A program made the position numbers and the translations under genes. Source: Camelus ferus (lineage: Eukaryota). From it: a DNA stretch of 64,000 nucleotides. The notes under the pieces were generated by a model. The model made no database searches. It was not told the origin of the DNA and saw only the letters and a program-made list of their open reading frames with translations. The stretch lies in assembly GCF_009834535.1 (NCBI RefSeq), contig NC_045707.1, forward strand, positions 57,538,001 through 57,602,000, read 5' to 3'. This document shows positions 1 through 64,000 of the stretch, piece after piece; position 1 is the first letter of the stretch; every line of letters begins with the position of its first letter.

Positions 1-327
1 AAGCATGATATAATTCTTACCATGAAAGAAATAATACTATTTTATGACCCTTAACTGAAATCAATGACAAAATAATTTCATATAGTTCAAAACTTACTTA
101 GTATATTGTCACTATACAACAAAAAGGAGGGTGAAATAGCTTCTTTAAAAAAAAATCTCTAATTTGCTACAATCTGGTTAATCTCTTTGTTTTCAGTTCC
201 ACCAAATATACTTTTCAGTAATCAACCTTGGGAAATGAAATAAGGACCATTTGATGTAATCTATCCAGAAGTCACTTGGCACCACAGCAGCACATCATTG
301 GTTTACAAGCTTCCAACACATTACATT

Positions 328-333
328 TTTATT
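328..333 (-). terminator. Candidate polyadenylation signal AATAAA for PTPRQ (3' UTR about 0.85 kb)
   Basis: Plus-strand tttatt at 328-333, followed on the minus strand by TG-rich sequence. No transcript evidence. Confidence 0.5.
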
Positions 334-1174
334 ACTGCTTTTATACATTTCTGCTGAAGAAACCCTTCAAAACTGTTATTAGCTTGAATATGTATCTAAT
401 GGACAAATACTGATACATTCAACTGTGCATTGAAATGTACAATACAGTGGTAGAGCTTATCCCTGAAAATGTACAAAGGTAGACAGGCTGGAAAAGTATT
501 CTGCAACTTCATATGACCAGTTGCACTGTTTAATTTTTCCTTTTGTTTTTTCAAATGAAAGATCACAATGCAATTTAAATAGCCCTAAGTGTCCCTGAAG
601 AGCTACTGTGTGTTGCATAAAGGCTAAGTAATCCCGCAGTGTCAGGGGGTTACTGTTCAGCTGTTTGAGATCAGGAGATGATATCTCAGCACTCATAAAA
701 CAGAGGATTCAAAACACAGGGGCATACATGGAAGTGCAGATCATGATGACAGTCCTGGAAGTTATCCACAAGAAATGTCAACACCCCGGAGGCCAAAATA
801 GCACTACTGAATCAACATTTACAACTTTTGTTCAAGACTGAATCCAATATGTAGGGAAAATTCGCATTGAACCATTAATGCAAATATAATAATAGTTTTA
901 TATTTGGCTCATTCCCCAAATACAGAAGGCTTCAAAATCTCTGGGGTATCTTTTCTTAAACACTTTAAGTATAAAGTATTCTGTACAAAACAGCTATCCT
1001 GAATTAGCTCCTTCATAGAACTATTCATAACATGTCAGCCCGTTTAGTAAGGCACAGTAAGAGAAGCATGGAGATTTATTTCAGGTTGCACGTTTCAATT
1101 CAGAAGACTGAGGGGGTAACTTTGGCCCCTGGGACTTGGAAGTATCTTCCAGTTGTACTCTTTGGTCTGAATAT

Positions 1175-63983
<62,809 letters not shown>

Positions 63984-64000
63984 CTACAGGAAAAAATAGC

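Overview
AT-rich mammalian genomic DNA, probably camelid, inferred from two tRNA-Ala-derived vic-1-like SINEs. The window holds the 3' part of PTPRQ on the minus strand. I spliced 18 coding exons (63983 down to 1175) at GT-AG boundaries; all phases fit, giving 2169 nt (722 aa plus TAA). They encode the last FN3 repeats, the transmembrane helix and one PTP domain with the WPE loop and HCSAGVGRT motif. The introns carry L1, L2, MIR, MaLR/ERVL LTRs, hAT elements, SINEs, a U6/L1 chimeric retrocopy and a 34-nt 5S rRNA fragment. There is also a hidden regulatory layer. The short intron at 26656-27309 contains what I recognise, from memory rather than alignment, as the core of the Myf5/Myf6 distal H1 (-57.5 kb) Pax3/Hox/Six enhancer. 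About 0.7 kb away, a 63-bp non-repeat module is present twice in inverted orientation, 1.8 kb apart (57/63 identical); I cannot explain it and regard it as the best candidate for something undescribed. Most ORF-track entries are spurious, L1 remnants or single exons read into introns. Repeat family names and repeat boundaries are by-eye calls.
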